Shown here in pieces: positions 11,888 through 25,875 of a stretch of 64,000 nt of DNA (the first letter of the stretch is position 1; each line of letters begins with the position of its first letter). Both the position numbers and the translations under genes were made by a program. This DNA comes from Batkoa obscura (taxonomy: Eukaryota). The stretch is taken from contig JASVEC010000023.1 in assembly GCA_030770535.1 (NCBI GenBank), positions 372,001-436,000 on the forward strand, written 5' to 3'. The notes below the pieces were generated by a model that was given only the letters and a program-made list of their open reading frames with translations, was not told where the DNA came from and ran no database searches.

Positions 11888-13447
11888 ATGAGTTCAGTAT
11901 CAACAAGTAATAAAAATATCAGCTGTAAGACAGTGTAAATATTAACAAATTTTAATTAGGTTTGACTTATTTTCCCGATTTAAATTACTTAAAGATCCTT
12001 TTATTATCGGGGTTTGCTAAGGCATTAAAAAAATATATTGCAAACACTTACCAAGGGGTAAGCTTAATACTAATCCACTTTTTACAAACTGATTGTGATA
12101 TTAGGTTTTAGTAGAGTTGGGTGGTTTTCCACATAACTGGGGCGAAAAGTACCAATACGTTGTATCCAACTTTAACTATTTTAACTATACCGTTCCGGCA
12201 GCTATTTTGGTCTTTAGTTATTTAACGGATAAATTTGGAATTAAAAAAACTTTACCTGTATCGCTTTATGCAACCTCAGTCTTAGTAGTGGTGTTATCTG
12301 TAGCACCAAACCTTACTTCACTTCGTGGCACTTTACTTGCTTTAGGTTTATTTAATGGATTAGATGCGCTTGCTTATGGTCTTGTATCAACTGTTTATGA
12401 ATCAAAATATCAAAGTAAGGTTAATTCACGCTTAAATTAGATTACAACTGACTTTTTGTAGGTTTTGCATATGCATTGCTATTTTTTGATACATATTTTG
12501 TTTATCTTATATCAGACGCTATGACCTATTTCTTTGAGCCGTTCAAAAATCAGATTCCAAATTGGTTTATGCCAAAACTATTATTCCTTCAACATCCCCA
12601 GTTATTTTCTGCTTTGAGTGGTGCTATCATCTTTGGAATAGTTGCCTACTATTCTCATTCTATTTTGTTACCTTCTGACGAAAAGTTAGATGATACTTCA
12701 CTTCCAACTGAAAGCGATGAAACTCAAACTTTAATTAATGAAATGGATAATACTAATTATGATTCCATTAACTCATCTCAAAACACTTTGTATTCTCGCT
12801 ATGTACCCAAATTACCCAATGAGCAAAGTTTATTTTTACTTCTTTCATTTGTGTTGAATCAATTTTTAATTAAAAATGCAACAAGAAGTTTGCAAGATTG
12901 GTACATGACTGACACTAACCAAGGCGGCTTAGGCTTAGGCTTTAATAACATATTTCCTACTCTGATCAATTCATTGATTTCTTCTTATTATTTAAGTTAT
13001 TTGTTTTTACCTACTACTTTGAATCGATTCAATCCTAGTTATATTTATAATATTACTTATAATATAGCTACTATTGAATTTGCTTATTTAATCTTGGTCA
13101 ACTTTTTACAACCAATTCTTCCCACTTTAATTTTAAACTTATTAGTCGGTTTAGGTGGTGTATCGTTGACTGTATGCTCTTTATATGCCAATTTTTCAAT
13201 AATTTTGTTATTATCTAGAGTAAAAGATGCAAATGTGGGAACATTTACTATATTCGGTTTAGCACTCGGTGGTTTTGAAATTCTCAATGCAGTCCAAGTA
13301 TTCTTCCGACCAATTTCTCTATTTGCTATCTTTAGTACAATGGAAATTTCTTACTTTAATATTTTAAATCCTTCCCTTGTTATATTTACTGGGGTTGCTT
13401 TCCTCAATCGCTATTTCTCTGAAGCTTTTCTTACTATTAGCAATTAA
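11888..13447 (+). CDS. Divergent major facilitator superfamily transporter (spliced)
   Basis: Motif A-like SYLTDKFGIKK, many hydrophobic helices and a central hydrophilic loop. Short introns lie near 11925, 12058 and 12420. The 5' exons are approximate. Confidence 0.7.
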
Positions 13448-15515
13448 GTAAGATTACTTGATAAATAAAGCAGCATTGATTGTGTATTTATGCTTATGTC
13501 TGATTACATTTCTATAAGTTGAAATTCTAATATAGAGAACACATTATAGTTTATACATGTAAATGTAAACTTGGTTAAAATAAAATCGATTTCTGCAGTT
13601 TGATTTATATTAAACAAAAAACTACCAAACTGACTTTTTTTGCCTCATTATTTTCCCCATATTATATGTAATGTAAAGTTAAAAAAATTGATAGTTAAGG
13701 TGGTGGGTTCAAAAACATGTCATAATACGCTTATTTTTTTAAAAATCTTGAAGATATAAAAGCACCTAAGTATTTTATTTTTGTGAAAACTCAATAGTAT
13801 GGAAATTGAACAATGTATATAGATAAAGAGAGCAGATTTTGTGCTATATTTGAGATAAACTTATCTCTATCTAGTTTAGGTAGGCATGATTTAAAAAAAT
13901 AGTAGCCTTTAATTTTCTTGAGTAAATTTTTCTGCACAAGAAATAAACTCAAAAATGTAATAAAAGAACTAAAAGGATTCATTGAACAATTTTATATATT
14001 AAAAATTAGTCTTGTAAACTAACTAATAGATTCATTTTACTTTTAAGATACTGTTTATTAAGAATTAATACATATATTTATATTGTTTAAAATGAAAGCT
14101 CAAACCTTTATAAAGCAGCCAAATACACTCAGGAGTGATATTAGAAAGTAGGTCATCATACAATATTTAATATTATCTGGATCAAAATATCAAAGTTGCG
14201 AGCTTTCAACAAAGCTTTTTGGATTGGGTTGGTTTTGAATTTAGTCTTAATAGAGTTTTAGTGAATTTGAAATTTGGAAATTAAAACTAATTTCAAAGCC
14301 AGAAAATTGCTCAAATATTTAATGTGCAATTCTAGGCTCAAAACCAAAATTATTCAGATGTTAATATAGTTACTAATATATCTTTAAACAAACGAATTTT
14401 AAGAAAAAGTACTCAACTAATAGATCCAAATAAAATAAAGCACTTTCGTTGTTAAGTGTGATTAAACTTTTATTAAAAGTTAAAAAATCGATATTTCATA
14501 TTTCAACTAGTTTTAATTTAAATTCATCTTTGCTTAAACTAATATATATTTGGCCGAATTTCAACCTATAATATGATTTTTGGCCCAAAATTACACTTTC
14601 AAATATCTTAACAATTTCACAAAAATCAAATCATCTTATATAAATCTGAAGCTGACTTTAAAATTCTATCAGTCCAATTTTTCCAAAAAAATCGAAACTA
14701 GGTAAAAATTAAACCTTAACCTAAACTATATCAAAGAAAAAAAGGGAATGCTAGTATAAAGCGTAATATATTAAATATAATTAATGAAAAAATGCATCAA
14801 TAATGGAATATATATTTAAATCATATATTATGTACCTTTAATATAAGCACTATTTGGGGTTTACTAAGACTATCAAACTAACAGCTTATACTCAATAGAA
14901 TAACTCGGATTCAGATATCTTTTATTATTTTAATTATATAGTTGATTCTTTTTAACATGAATTTAAGGGCTACTACTTTTTACAATCATTAAATTTATAT
15001 TAAAATACTTCAAGTTTAATTTAAAACAATGAAAGACACCCAACTACAAGCTATTCCAACATCTCAAATCCCATTTTAACAGGTCAAAATAAGCAATGTA
15101 AAGAGTAATAGAATTTAGACTAAATAAAAGTTCAAGATTATTTAAGCTATCCAAAAAGCCTGGGATTGATAAAATAGGCTTCAATCACCCATGGTCTTCT
15201 GACCATTCTTTATACAATCCATAGGTTATCAGTTTGTATAACCTCCAGTTCAATACAAATTGTTTACCGCGTTCATAGTTAAAGGTCTCATTACTAACTC
15301 TAGATATATTCAAAGATCCTAACAAACACTTCACAGGCATCTATTTTTTTAAAAACTATAATAAACTGAAAAAGGACCCTACAAAACCGTTTATGCTCTT
15401 TAAAAAACTTACAACTAATTTTAGCAAACCATTATAAACATACATACAAACAAACCTGTTTTCATAATTTATAGTTTTTATCTTATCTTAGTTTTTGATT
15501 AATAAAATAGATATC

Positions 15516-16505
15516 ATATCCATAACCAAAGAATACGACCCCTTCTTCTCCTTCGAAATAATTTGTTTACATATTCTATATTCTCCTTCCTATTAAACAT
15601 CGTTGTTATTTACGTAGTGAATGCTAAATTGAGCCAAGAAAGAGCAGCAGACATTTATCTGATAACTCTTATAGTGATTTTTGACATCCTAGCTTCTATT
15701 TTGTTAAATATAATCTAAATAGCTAAATCCTATTTAGCTATGACACCTTTAGAATTTCAAGAAAGCATTTACTGTTCTTTAAGTTACATATTTTATACTA
15801 GTTCTGCTGTTATATCTATTAACCTAATTTCACAACTATCAATGGCTCATCATCTAGCTATTATTAAATCATATAGTATAAGTAATACAAAAGCCAGTTT
15901 TGTTTCTTTGCAATTATATTATTAACATTGGCCATATTCATTATCAATAAAACTATAGGAATGCCACAGACGAGGCCTCCAAAATTGACATACATATCCA
16001 TTACTAAGAGCTGTGTTTCTGTAGAACATACGATTTATGTTATATTTATATGTTCCTTTATTTGTTCAGTTGCATTTTGCATTTCCATTTTCTATGAGTT
16101 GACACTAGTACCATATTTTAAAACGAATTAAGGGTTTAAAGAGTTATCAGATAGTCTTAGAAAAGGGGTAATATTTTATAAACCAAAAGATATCGCTTTT
16201 TTGATTGTTTTCACAGTAGTTTATACATCCTGCATATATCCTGAATTTATCATTTTACTTATTGAGGAAGTGGGTGAACATGAAATACTCCTTATGTACC
16301 ATATTGCATTTCATCATTTTTATTTTATAATGGGACAACGTTAAATCGGTTGTTTGTGCTAACTTTACATTCAGATTCTAGGAAAAAACTTATCAATTTG
16401 TTTAAAAAGAAAAAAAAAGTGAATTTAACCATTATCAAGCCACCTTTGATACTCATTATTGTTTGAGTCGGGGTTCAGTAAATGGTATGACGCTCAACAA
16501 ATTGA
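15516..16505 (+). pseudogene. GPCR pseudogene (frameshifts and stops)
   Basis: Fragments TKEYDP..FEII, MTPLEFQESIYCSLS, YPEFIILL and LFVLTLHSDSRKKL match the 25876/36185 paralogs. No intact ATG. Confidence 0.85.
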
Positions 16506-17180
16506 GTTTTTTAGTTTTTAGTGAAAATTGAGATCAGAATCTTCAATTGAGCTAGGGAACTTGCATTCAGTGCAATAGATATTCGAAAAAAAGAACATTA
16601 TTCCTATATTTAATAACCTTAGCGAAAAGGTCGATTTTTTACTGCATTTGTTTATTTATCTCCTATCAATTTTTTTCAAACTGATGCTTTATCTTGATAT
16701 TAAAAACCATTTATTATTATTTTTCAACCATAAAAAGTTGATAATTTAGAATAAATTGTCATTATTATCTAAATAAATAACAATAAAATGATACCTTTAA
16801 TTTCGACTTATTCAACAATTAAAAGAATTAAATTTCATTGACAATGATTGTATAAGTTTCTATCTTGTACTTTATTTTATAACAAATAACTGAGATAAAT
16901 CTATAATAGTAGTATGATTTTCTAACAAAATAACATAAACAAATTAAAATAAATTTAATTTAATACAAAAATAATTCAAATTAATTAATTCTGTTCTCAC
17001 CATTTAAGAATAAATTTACCGTATTTTAAAACGTGAGTTTAAAATATTAATAATATTTCAATATCAAATTATTAATGTAGTAAAAACAAGAATTAAAATT
17101 TCAAAACACCACCAATCTCTAGTCTATCATCTATCAATCAAAAGGTCATTACAACAAAAATAAGGTTTATTTACTTTAAA

Positions 17181-18155
17181 TCAGCGACTTTGGTTTAGCT
17201 CTATGTTATGTAGTGACTGGAAATTATCTATTTCTCTGTCATGTGAGCTGGCCAAAGTACCTTTTAATAAAGCCAAGACATCATTTCTGGTTTCTGGGTG
17301 TAAAGTGATAACGAATAGAGGGTTAATAGCACATTCAGAAAAGAACAAAAAATAAATGATACAATCTAAAGCAAAGGTACGTTGATAATCCGTAAATGCT
17401 TCAACAATCAACAGTATAAACTCCGGAAGTAAAGAAACTAAATAAGCTATTGTAAATAATAGTAAATAGACAACATAACTTGATTTGAAAAAGGATCTTC
17501 CTTTATCATAACAATCACTTGACTTCAAAGATTGATTCAATCTATAATAGTGTAAACTTAAAAGGCCATAAAATATTGGTATCGACAATACAGAAGGTAT
17601 GGTAAGGAGAAAGATACAAGCTGCATAAATAATATGTGTAATTGAATTCCCTTCTAAAGATATTGTAATACAAAACATACCTGATGGCATGAGTCGATAA
17701 CTATTTTGTAATGCACTTAAAATAAAGGCCAATGTGATAATCACTACTAATATTATACTTGCTATCGAGGATTTCATATTATTTATAGCGTACCTTTTAA
17801 CTATAGTTAAATAGCGTATAGCTGCTAATTGAGCCGTTAGAGTAACAGCTAAAATACCAATAGCGTTGAAAGCTATAGCATTGACCCTACACCATGGACC
17901 AGTTAGAAACTCTTTTTCGTTCGCACCGTAGCACCATTTGATGATTTGAGAGATGAGACAAAAAAGGACTAACAATAAATCAAATACAGATATTAAAATC
18001 ATAAGTTGGGTATCAATTGCTTTATTCGTTCGATATCTATGTTTAGTGATGTACAACACTAACAGGTTTAGTACCATTGATGCTAAACATAATATAAATA
18101 TGATGATTTCGTAGGTTAAATCAAAGCCTAGGTTTTCTTCTCCTAAAACTACCAT
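17181..18155 (-). CDS. Intronless rhodopsin-like 7TM GPCR
   Basis: Same family motifs (QLAAIRY, PSGMFC, NPLFV). Closest to 33700-34674. Confidence 0.85.
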   Translation of the reverse strand: MVVLGEENLGFDLTYEIIIFILCLASMVLNLLVLYITKHRYRTNKAIDTQLMILISVFDLLLVLFCLISQIIKWCYGANEKEFLTGPWCRVNAIAFNAIGILAVTLTAQLAAIRYLTIVKRYAINNMKSSIASIILVVIITLAFILSALQNSYRLMPSGMFCITISLEGNSITHIIYAACIFLLTIPSVLSIPIFYGLLSLHYYRLNQSLKSSDCYDKGRSFFKSSYVVYLLLFTIAYLVSLLPEFILLIVEAFTDYQRTFALDCIIYFLFFSECAINPLFVITLHPETRNDVLALLKGTLASSHDREIDNFQSLHNIELNQSR

Positions 18156-19947
18156 CCTTGTTTTGAAGTATGAGAAAAAGCTTTTTGAAAACTTAATTTT
18201 TGGAATATCATTTAATTACTTTATTCTTCTATTTTTATTTATCCAGTTTATTCTTGAGAATATTCTATGTTTGTTAAAACTATGTCATTTATTTAAGTAC
18301 AAATGTTATCAAGTAATAACTAATATGTTTTTGTAAACTAACTTTCTGCATTAAATACGGTTTTTAAATATAAATTGTTTATAAATTTAGTAAATTTCTT
18401 TAGAAAAAAGTTTATACAAAAATAGTAAAATTCAATAATCATTAGTAAATTGATCTGTATTGTTTTTTAGTTTTTCTACGTATAGCTACTAACTTTCAAC
18501 TATCATATCATATCAAATATCAAGTATAACACATCTAAATGAGAATGTTTTATGAAATCCTAATATAATAATACAAATCTAATAATCTATGCGAATTTTA
18601 CCTTATTTAATCAATGATTTGGCATGCGATAAGAACATCATAGGGCAACTTTTCGTTGTTATTTTTGAAGTACAACTATCGCGTTTTTTACTATTTTCAA
18701 GTAGAAATCTGACTTTTAATATATTAGCTTTTTATTAAATAAATTAATTTATAGTATTTGAATGTTTTTCAAACGGGCAATTTAATATAAAAAAGTAAAA
18801 TAAAATTTCAAAAAAAGCAACAGTCAAAAACAAAGGCTAAGTATTCCTATGGGCTTGCTTTTGGATAAATTTCCCACTTATATTTGTTCTTAACTTATGT
18901 TCATCAGTCTTGTGAAACCCTTACTGCTTCTATGATAGCTTTCTTTCACCAAAGAGTTAAAAAGTCCAATGATGTTTTTTCTCTTTTAGAATAAAAACTG
19001 TCTAGTCTAACTGATTTACATGGATTACAGTTGGATTATCTGTTAAGAAATATGAAAGGGAAGCCTTAAGTCAGTAGTCTACAGTGGCTTTTTACTAATT
19101 CTATATATTTGATTTGTTACAAACCACTTGATGACTTGTTCTCTTTCAGAAACTTATAAAAGTATATAGATTAAGTATGAATTTATTAATATTTTCTTTG
19201 TCAAAAATATCATGAAACGATTTTTTTGTATCAATATTTGGAGATGTTTTTTTTGACTTGATCACTTTTTCTATCTTTTAAGCACTATTTGAGTGGAAAA
19301 TTGTTAGTAAAATTTTTAAATAAAAAATGCATTATTCAATATTTGCTTTTTTGTGATTTTAGGTTGCATAAAAATGAAAAAAATAATAAAAAAACATTCC
19401 AAAACAAACATGTTTTTTTAGAAATTGACTAACATCGTATTCAAGATTTAAACTTAAGAATGAACATATATTTGAAGCAAAACAATCCCATACTCACTTC
19501 AAAAAAGTAAATATCTGTATTATTTTATGACCTTAATCATTTAAGTACTATCCTTGAGTTTAGATACAACTTATAACTTAGATATATTAGTTATATAAAG
19601 CCTGATGTGGTGATATCAAATATATTCAAAACCAAAAAAAGTATACTTTGAACAAACAATATTAACCAAATAGTAGTAACAATGTACATTATTAATATAA
19701 ACTTAATTGATCACTTAATTTTTAAGCTATTTATAAAGCAATATTAACAAAATAGCTTTATTTAATTTACACTTCTTAATAAATAATTAAACTCAACAAC
19801 ATCATTATACTTATACATGGTTAACATTTAAGTATACTATGATTTATTGTTGTAAAATATAGACCATGAGCAAAAAAAAACTTATAATTGAATTAATTAC
19901 TACAACACAAATAAATAGCTCAACCTATAAACCCCAATCAATTTTAT

Positions 19948-20591
19948 TTAATGTTCTTCACTTTTTAAAAACTCAGTATAAGCTTTTGAGTCCATCAAGC
20001 TATTAACTTCAGCTTCATTTTCAATTTCTACTTTACACAACCAGCCTACATACCTTATAAATATTTTTTTAATAATAATAGTTATAAAGTTTACCTTTGT
20101 TTTCTGGATCTTCATTAATAACTGAATAATCATCTACTAAGGTTTCGTTGATTTCAACTACTTTACCACTAACTGGTGAGTTGATTTCTCCTACTGCTTT
20201 AACGGATTCAACCGATCCGAGGTAGTCTAAGAGAGTTCAACTTTAAAACACCTTTTCCTCATATTTAAACATAAAAAAACTTACCACCAGCTTCAAGCTT
20301 TGATTCATTTTCAGGTAACTCGGCGAACACGATTTCACCAAGAGCATCTGAAGCATGTTTGGTGATTCCAATGGTAGCAATCTTATCGTTCAACTGAACC
20401 CATTCGTGACTTTCGGTGAATTTTTTGACTATTTTGGAGAGAGAAAAACAGTAGCGTTAGTTTCTTATATTGCATTAAATACTAACAATATTAAACTTAC
20501 CAGAATAATATTTAATTGGAGTGACTTTAATCGTAGCTAAACGGGAGGCGACTGGTACCTTGGTAATAAGTTTACTGAAGCGAGCGAGCAT
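19948..20591 (-). CDS. GCV3: Glycine cleavage system H protein, mitochondrial (spliced)
   Basis: [30 protein letters not shown], lipoyl motif [14 protein letters not shown]. Presequence MLARFSKL. Confidence 0.92.
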
Positions 20592-21376
20592 TTTTTGATA
20601 GTTCGAAATAGTAAAAGTAAAGTTGATGATGAACAATTTATAGCAGACTTTTTATGGAAGATTACCATTGGTTCAATTTTAAAAGACTAAATTTTTCGGT
20701 TTTTATTGGTCGAAACGATGAATCAATAGGTCATCTGAAGTAAAGTTGCATTGGGAAGTAAAATAATTTGGGTTTATATTTAAATATAGGAGTTTAGTTT
20801 TAAATTTAGCGTTTATTGAGATCTACTAACAAGCAATTTTGTTTTGTTAAAAATAATTATAAAGTGTATTTATTCTAAAGTATAGAATAAAGGTCTTAAT
20901 TTTTGATAACAGTCTATTGAGTGTATCGATAACTAGGATATAAAATAAGATTATCTGAAAATGAACTTTTCTGTTCCACTTTTTAACTAATAAGTTTTTA
21001 AACCATTGTACAAATAGACAAGATAATGAAATGAAGAACCAACACAGTTTTTAAAAAGGAACTTAAAAGATCACTTTTTGTACTGGTTTATTAGCTATTA
21101 TAAAAGATTATTTTAATGTCATGATGAAATATCAAAAAAGATCATATTCTAAGATAATTTAATATTTCAATCTAAAAAACATTCTGAATAATAATGACAC
21201 GCTATAGTTCAGTAATAACTTAATCTTTGGCCCCTAATACCATAAAAATGGGCAAACAATTGCCTATGTGCCCACTATCGAAACAAAAATCGAGCTTAAA
21301 ACAACTATAAATACTCAACCACAAATCCCACCTTTATATATCATTTACATATTACCCTCACACCGACTGATACATA

Positions 21377-22380
21377 ATGCCACAGGATACAACAGGAGTA
21401 AAAAGCTTCTTAAGCGGGGGGATTGGGGGTATGTTTTTAGTTATCTCTGGACATCCATTAGATTTAATTAAAGTCAAACTACAAACAAGTAACCAAAGTT
21501 TTTTACAATGTTTCCAATCCCAATTCAACTCTGGTATAAAAAGTTTTTATCGTGGAGTAGTCCCCCCATTATTGGGAGTAATGCCCATCATGGCTACCAC
21601 TTTTTGGGCTTATGATCTAGGGATTAAAATGCAGAGATGGGGAACAGTAAGTTTAAAGAGTTAACTAATGAGGTTTTAAAGCAAATAATAATAATCGTTT
21701 TGATAGAATGATACTACAACACCAAGAAGTATCTCAGAGGTAGCAATAGCGGGAGGTTTCTCAGCTCTACCAGCAGTGGTAGTAGTAGCCCCTGGAGAAA
21801 GGATAAAATGTTTATTGCAAATCTCAGACGCAGGTGGTAAAGACAAAAAAACCATGATACAAGTTATCAAAGATACAATAAAGAGGAAAGGTTTTTTTGG
21901 GCTTTATCAGGGCACTACTATTACACTATTAAGAGATATCCCTGGTTCTATGGCTTATTTTACAATTTATGAAGTGTTAAAGAAAGAGTTGGCTGGAAAT
22001 GATAAGAATAGTATTCTACCTATCATTGTTGCTGGTGGTGTGGCTGGTATGGCTAATTGGGCACTCGCTATGGTAAGAGTTTATAAGTTAGCTCACTTTA
22101 ACATCCACTTTACTTATAATTTCTTAGCCCTTTGATGTGTTAAAAAGTCGTATTCAAACCCAAGAAACAAGTTTAGGTATCAAAACCACATTTAATCAAT
22201 TGGTAAAAGCAGAAGGTTACAGAGGTTTATATCGCGGTTTAGCGCCTGCTCTTTTAAGAGCTTTTCCTGCTAACGCTGCTTGTTTCCTAGGTACTTTTAT
22301 AGCTTATTTTTTTATATTTGTAATTAATAATGTTACTAGGAGTGGAACTATCGTTACAATTAATGAATACATTATTTTAG
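21377..22380 (+). CDS. CRC1: Mitochondrial carrier, carnitine/acylcarnitine type (spliced)
   Basis: GHPLDLIKVKLQT, APGERIKCLLQ, LRDIPGS, LRAFPANAACFLG. The last exon ends in TAG at 22380. Confidence 0.85.
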
Positions 22381-22511
22381 AATATAATTAATTTTAAATT
22401 AAGTTTGTATAGAATATTATAAAAGTAATAAAGTAATAGAAATGATATATATTTTATTAGTTTAATCACTACCTAATTATTTTTTTACTTTGACTTAAGT
22501 GACAATTAATA

Positions 22512-24876
22512 TTACTCCATCTCTGAAATTTCGCTTATTTTATTGTTAGACTGCGCTTCTTCATTTAGTTTATCATCTTTATCGTCCTCTTGACTTAATT
22601 TTTTAACTTCTTCATTATCATTCTGGGTATGATTTTCTAATTGATTGTTAACATTGTTTGATTCCATTTCCGATAAACTATCATGATTATTATGATTGTT
22701 AATAATATTTAAAAGGATGGCATTTGTATCATCATGTATACGTTGCTCTTCATTATCATTATTATTTCCTGCCAATCCTTTTAATGTATTTTCAATTTTA
22801 TTTACTAATTCATTTGTATCTTCTTCATTAAAAACTAATTCGTTTCTCTCCATTTCCTCGTTTTTATTTATCTCATCATCGTCGCCCATTTCCTTGTTGT
22901 TGTCTTCAATTAACCAAGTTCTTGATTTACAAGAATCGATAAAGTTAGTATCTACTACTAACTGAAACTGTCCATCCCTTTTTTCTATCAAGCCTTTATG
23001 AAACCAAGTATGTAAAGCAGTCTTTGATACTTTAGCGACCTTTGCTAACTCAGTAAACGTACGACACTCGCTTGTGTCCAGATTATTGAAGATATTAAAA
23101 ACCTTTTCTTTTAACTTTAAGAAATTTTGTTCTTCTTCAGAAACGATATTGACCCCTGGCTGAAAATACCCATTTACTTTAATAATTTTTTCTTGTCTTA
23201 CCCAATTATACAAGGTCTTTTTAGGCACATTAGATGCTATTGATAGCTCATCTAAGCTTTTACATACGTTTCCTCCCACTTTGGCAAATGCATGCGTAAC
23301 ATCCCTCTTTGGTCTTGTAACGTAGGGTTGTCCATAATCGAGATCATCTAAGATAGGTTTGTAAAACTCACCAACTTTATGTAATTTCCCTCGATTATAC
23401 CAATTCCTTAATGTTGATTTCGGTACTTCTGTCAATTCAGATAGCTGTTCAAAAGTACTACAATCATGCGAATTTATAATCCCAAAAATCTTTAAAATAT
23501 CTCTTTTGACTTTTAAATCCTTACTTAATTCTTCAAAGTTGATCGCTGGTTTATATACTCCCTCCACTTTAACTATCCTTCCCTTGCAGTACCAATCATA
23601 AAGTGTACCTAATGGCACTTGGGTGGCTTGGGATAATTTTTGAAATGTTTTGCATGCGTTTTTTTCAATTAATGAATAAATCTCTAACATATCTCTCTTT
23701 ATTAATGGCGATTCTTCTCGTTTACCTTTGACTTTCTCTCTTAATCTATATACTTTTTGACCTGATTAAATTAGATTAAATAATTAATACTATTGCTTAA
23801 GAAATAAACATACCATTATCATCATCTTTATTTACTTCCCCTTCTTCACTATTTTCCTTATTATCCTTATTATCTAACTCTTTTTGTTCATCTTCATCGC
23901 CTTTAGACCTTAAGGCACCACTCTTTTTGACAATTAAGCCCTTGTAAAACCAGTTATAAAGAGTAGCTTTAGGGACCTTAGTAGCTTCGGCCAATTCTTT
24001 AAAACTTTTACAATTAGCGCTATCAATTTTGGGCAAAATCTCGTTAACATCCCACACCATCTTTTTCTTTTTGACTGATCCAACATTACTTTTATAAACA
24101 CCATCATCCAACTTAATCTTATCATTGTCAAAATATCCTTTTAATGTATTTATATCAATCTTTAACAACTCATTCATCTCTTCGTATGTTCTACAATCTT
24201 TTTCTTCTAACTTACTCAATATCTCTTTTAAACTATCCTCCTCCATTAACTTACCCCTTCTCTTTCCTATACTTAATTGCTTTTCATACTCCTTTTCAAT
24301 AGCACTCATCTTACCCTCATCCTTGCCTTCTTGATACCCCATACTCCCTTCTTCCATTTCATCATCACTTTTATTCTCTTCTTGAGTCCCTTCGCCTTTT
24401 TCGATAACTTCATCATTTTCAATATATCCATTATTGATAGCATGTAAAAACTGAGAAGACAAAAGGTCAAGTTGGTTTTTAATTTCTGTTTGCTGATGGA
24501 GTTCTTGAAATGCTTCTAGAATTGTTGTGTTTATCTCGTCCTTTTTAGCAGCTAAATTCCTATTCTCTTCATCTACTGGAATTACTTTATTTTCTTCTAC
24601 TGACAAAGAGATTGTCTTGGTACTCGTCTCAACAGGTAATAAAGGAGTGACGCCTATTTGTGTATCTATTGCTTGTTGTTGAGCTTTGTCTGAGTCACCT
24701 GAGTTATTAACTATTAAAGAGTCTTCAGTTAAACCTTTTTCTACCGTAGCTTTATCTTTCTGCTGATCACTAATTTTACCCTCATTTAAGTTCTCATTCA
24801 ATTGATGTTCATTTTCAACTTTTTGTTCAATCTCCTTTTTTTCAATTGTGATGGTGTCATCGCTAATATTTTCCAT
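22512..24876 (-). CDS. ~770-aa protein with six tandem HTH repeats and acidic termini (exons 24876-23814 and 23761-22512)
   Basis: A 52-nt GTATGT...CAG intron joins the two track ORFs in frame. Repeat pattern C-x-[TS]-F-x-EL-x(5)-VP-x(2)-TL-x(2)-W-x(3)-G-x-I. Confidence 0.8.
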
Positions 24877-25216
24877 TTATTTTTTCTTTTTGTCTTGAAT
24901 AAAAAGAATAAATTTTTTTTGTTTGATCCCCTTTTTGTAATTCAAACCTTATCCTAATCATAATCGCCAATCATTAAAGTTTCATTTGAAAATTTTTGAT
25001 TGGAAGGTGAAATGGCTTGGGTACTAAGATTCTTTTTGAAAAGAATTTAAGGTTGAAAATTAAATCTTACAAATTTGACAATTCTATTTCAAATAATTTG
25101 CATCAATTTTTAGAGAAAACTATTTATTTGTTTATTTATTATTAAATCTATTTTAATTTGTATGGTTTTGACAAAATTTTATCCTTAAATCAACTATTAA
25201 ATAGGTTCCAGCATAA

Positions 25217-25498
25217 TTAGAACAGCTATATCTTAAACACTAATAAATTAGCTTTGAAATAAATACAACTGTTGCAGCTCTTTTGTGGCCGCTTTAGCGG
25301 TAATTTTTATAGTTAAGTTGTCTGTACAATTGGTCCTTTTAAAACTTAGCCTTTGTATTTTAACTAGTATAACATAAAATATTTTCTTAAACGAGTGGTA
25401 GTTAAGTCGCAAAAGAGCCGCAACAATTGTATTTAGACTGAATTAAATTATAGTTATTTTTTGAAAGCATGTTTAGTGATATGATATAGCTGTTCTAG
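25217..25498. mobile_element. Nested inverted repeats, probably a MITE (25260-25435) inside a second TIR pair
   Basis: Inner pair taaatacaactgttgcagctcttttg / caaaagagccgcaacaattgtattta. Outer pair tagaacagctatatc / gatatagctgttcta. Confidence 0.6.
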
Positions 25499-25875
25499 CC
25501 CTTTACACTTTAATAAAGCTTTTATCAAAGGCCCTTTTTTGGATATAAAATACAGTAACATAGTATTCGAAACAATTTAGTTAACCAAATAAATTACAAA
25601 GCAATAGCGAAATTTAGTATAATAGATTATCTAAATAAAATGAAAGCGTAAAACTTAAATGACTTAAATGGTAGCTATACATTTATTATAAGCTAAATCT
25701 TTATTTTTATTTTCAAATCTACAACAATCAATTACAAATTAAGTATATTTAAATAGAAGTTACAATGACCATTTGGCTTAATAGAAAAGAAATAATAAAT
25801 ACCACTATAAACAATATTGAAAATAAATTCAAAAAGACATTAATTTTTAATAAAAACATAAACAATAAAAAGCAG

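Noticed and set aside
20591..21377. Divergent GCV3/CRC1 pair as a mitochondrial gene cluster
   Set aside because: Divergent housekeeping neighbours are common in compact genomes, and there is no further evidence.
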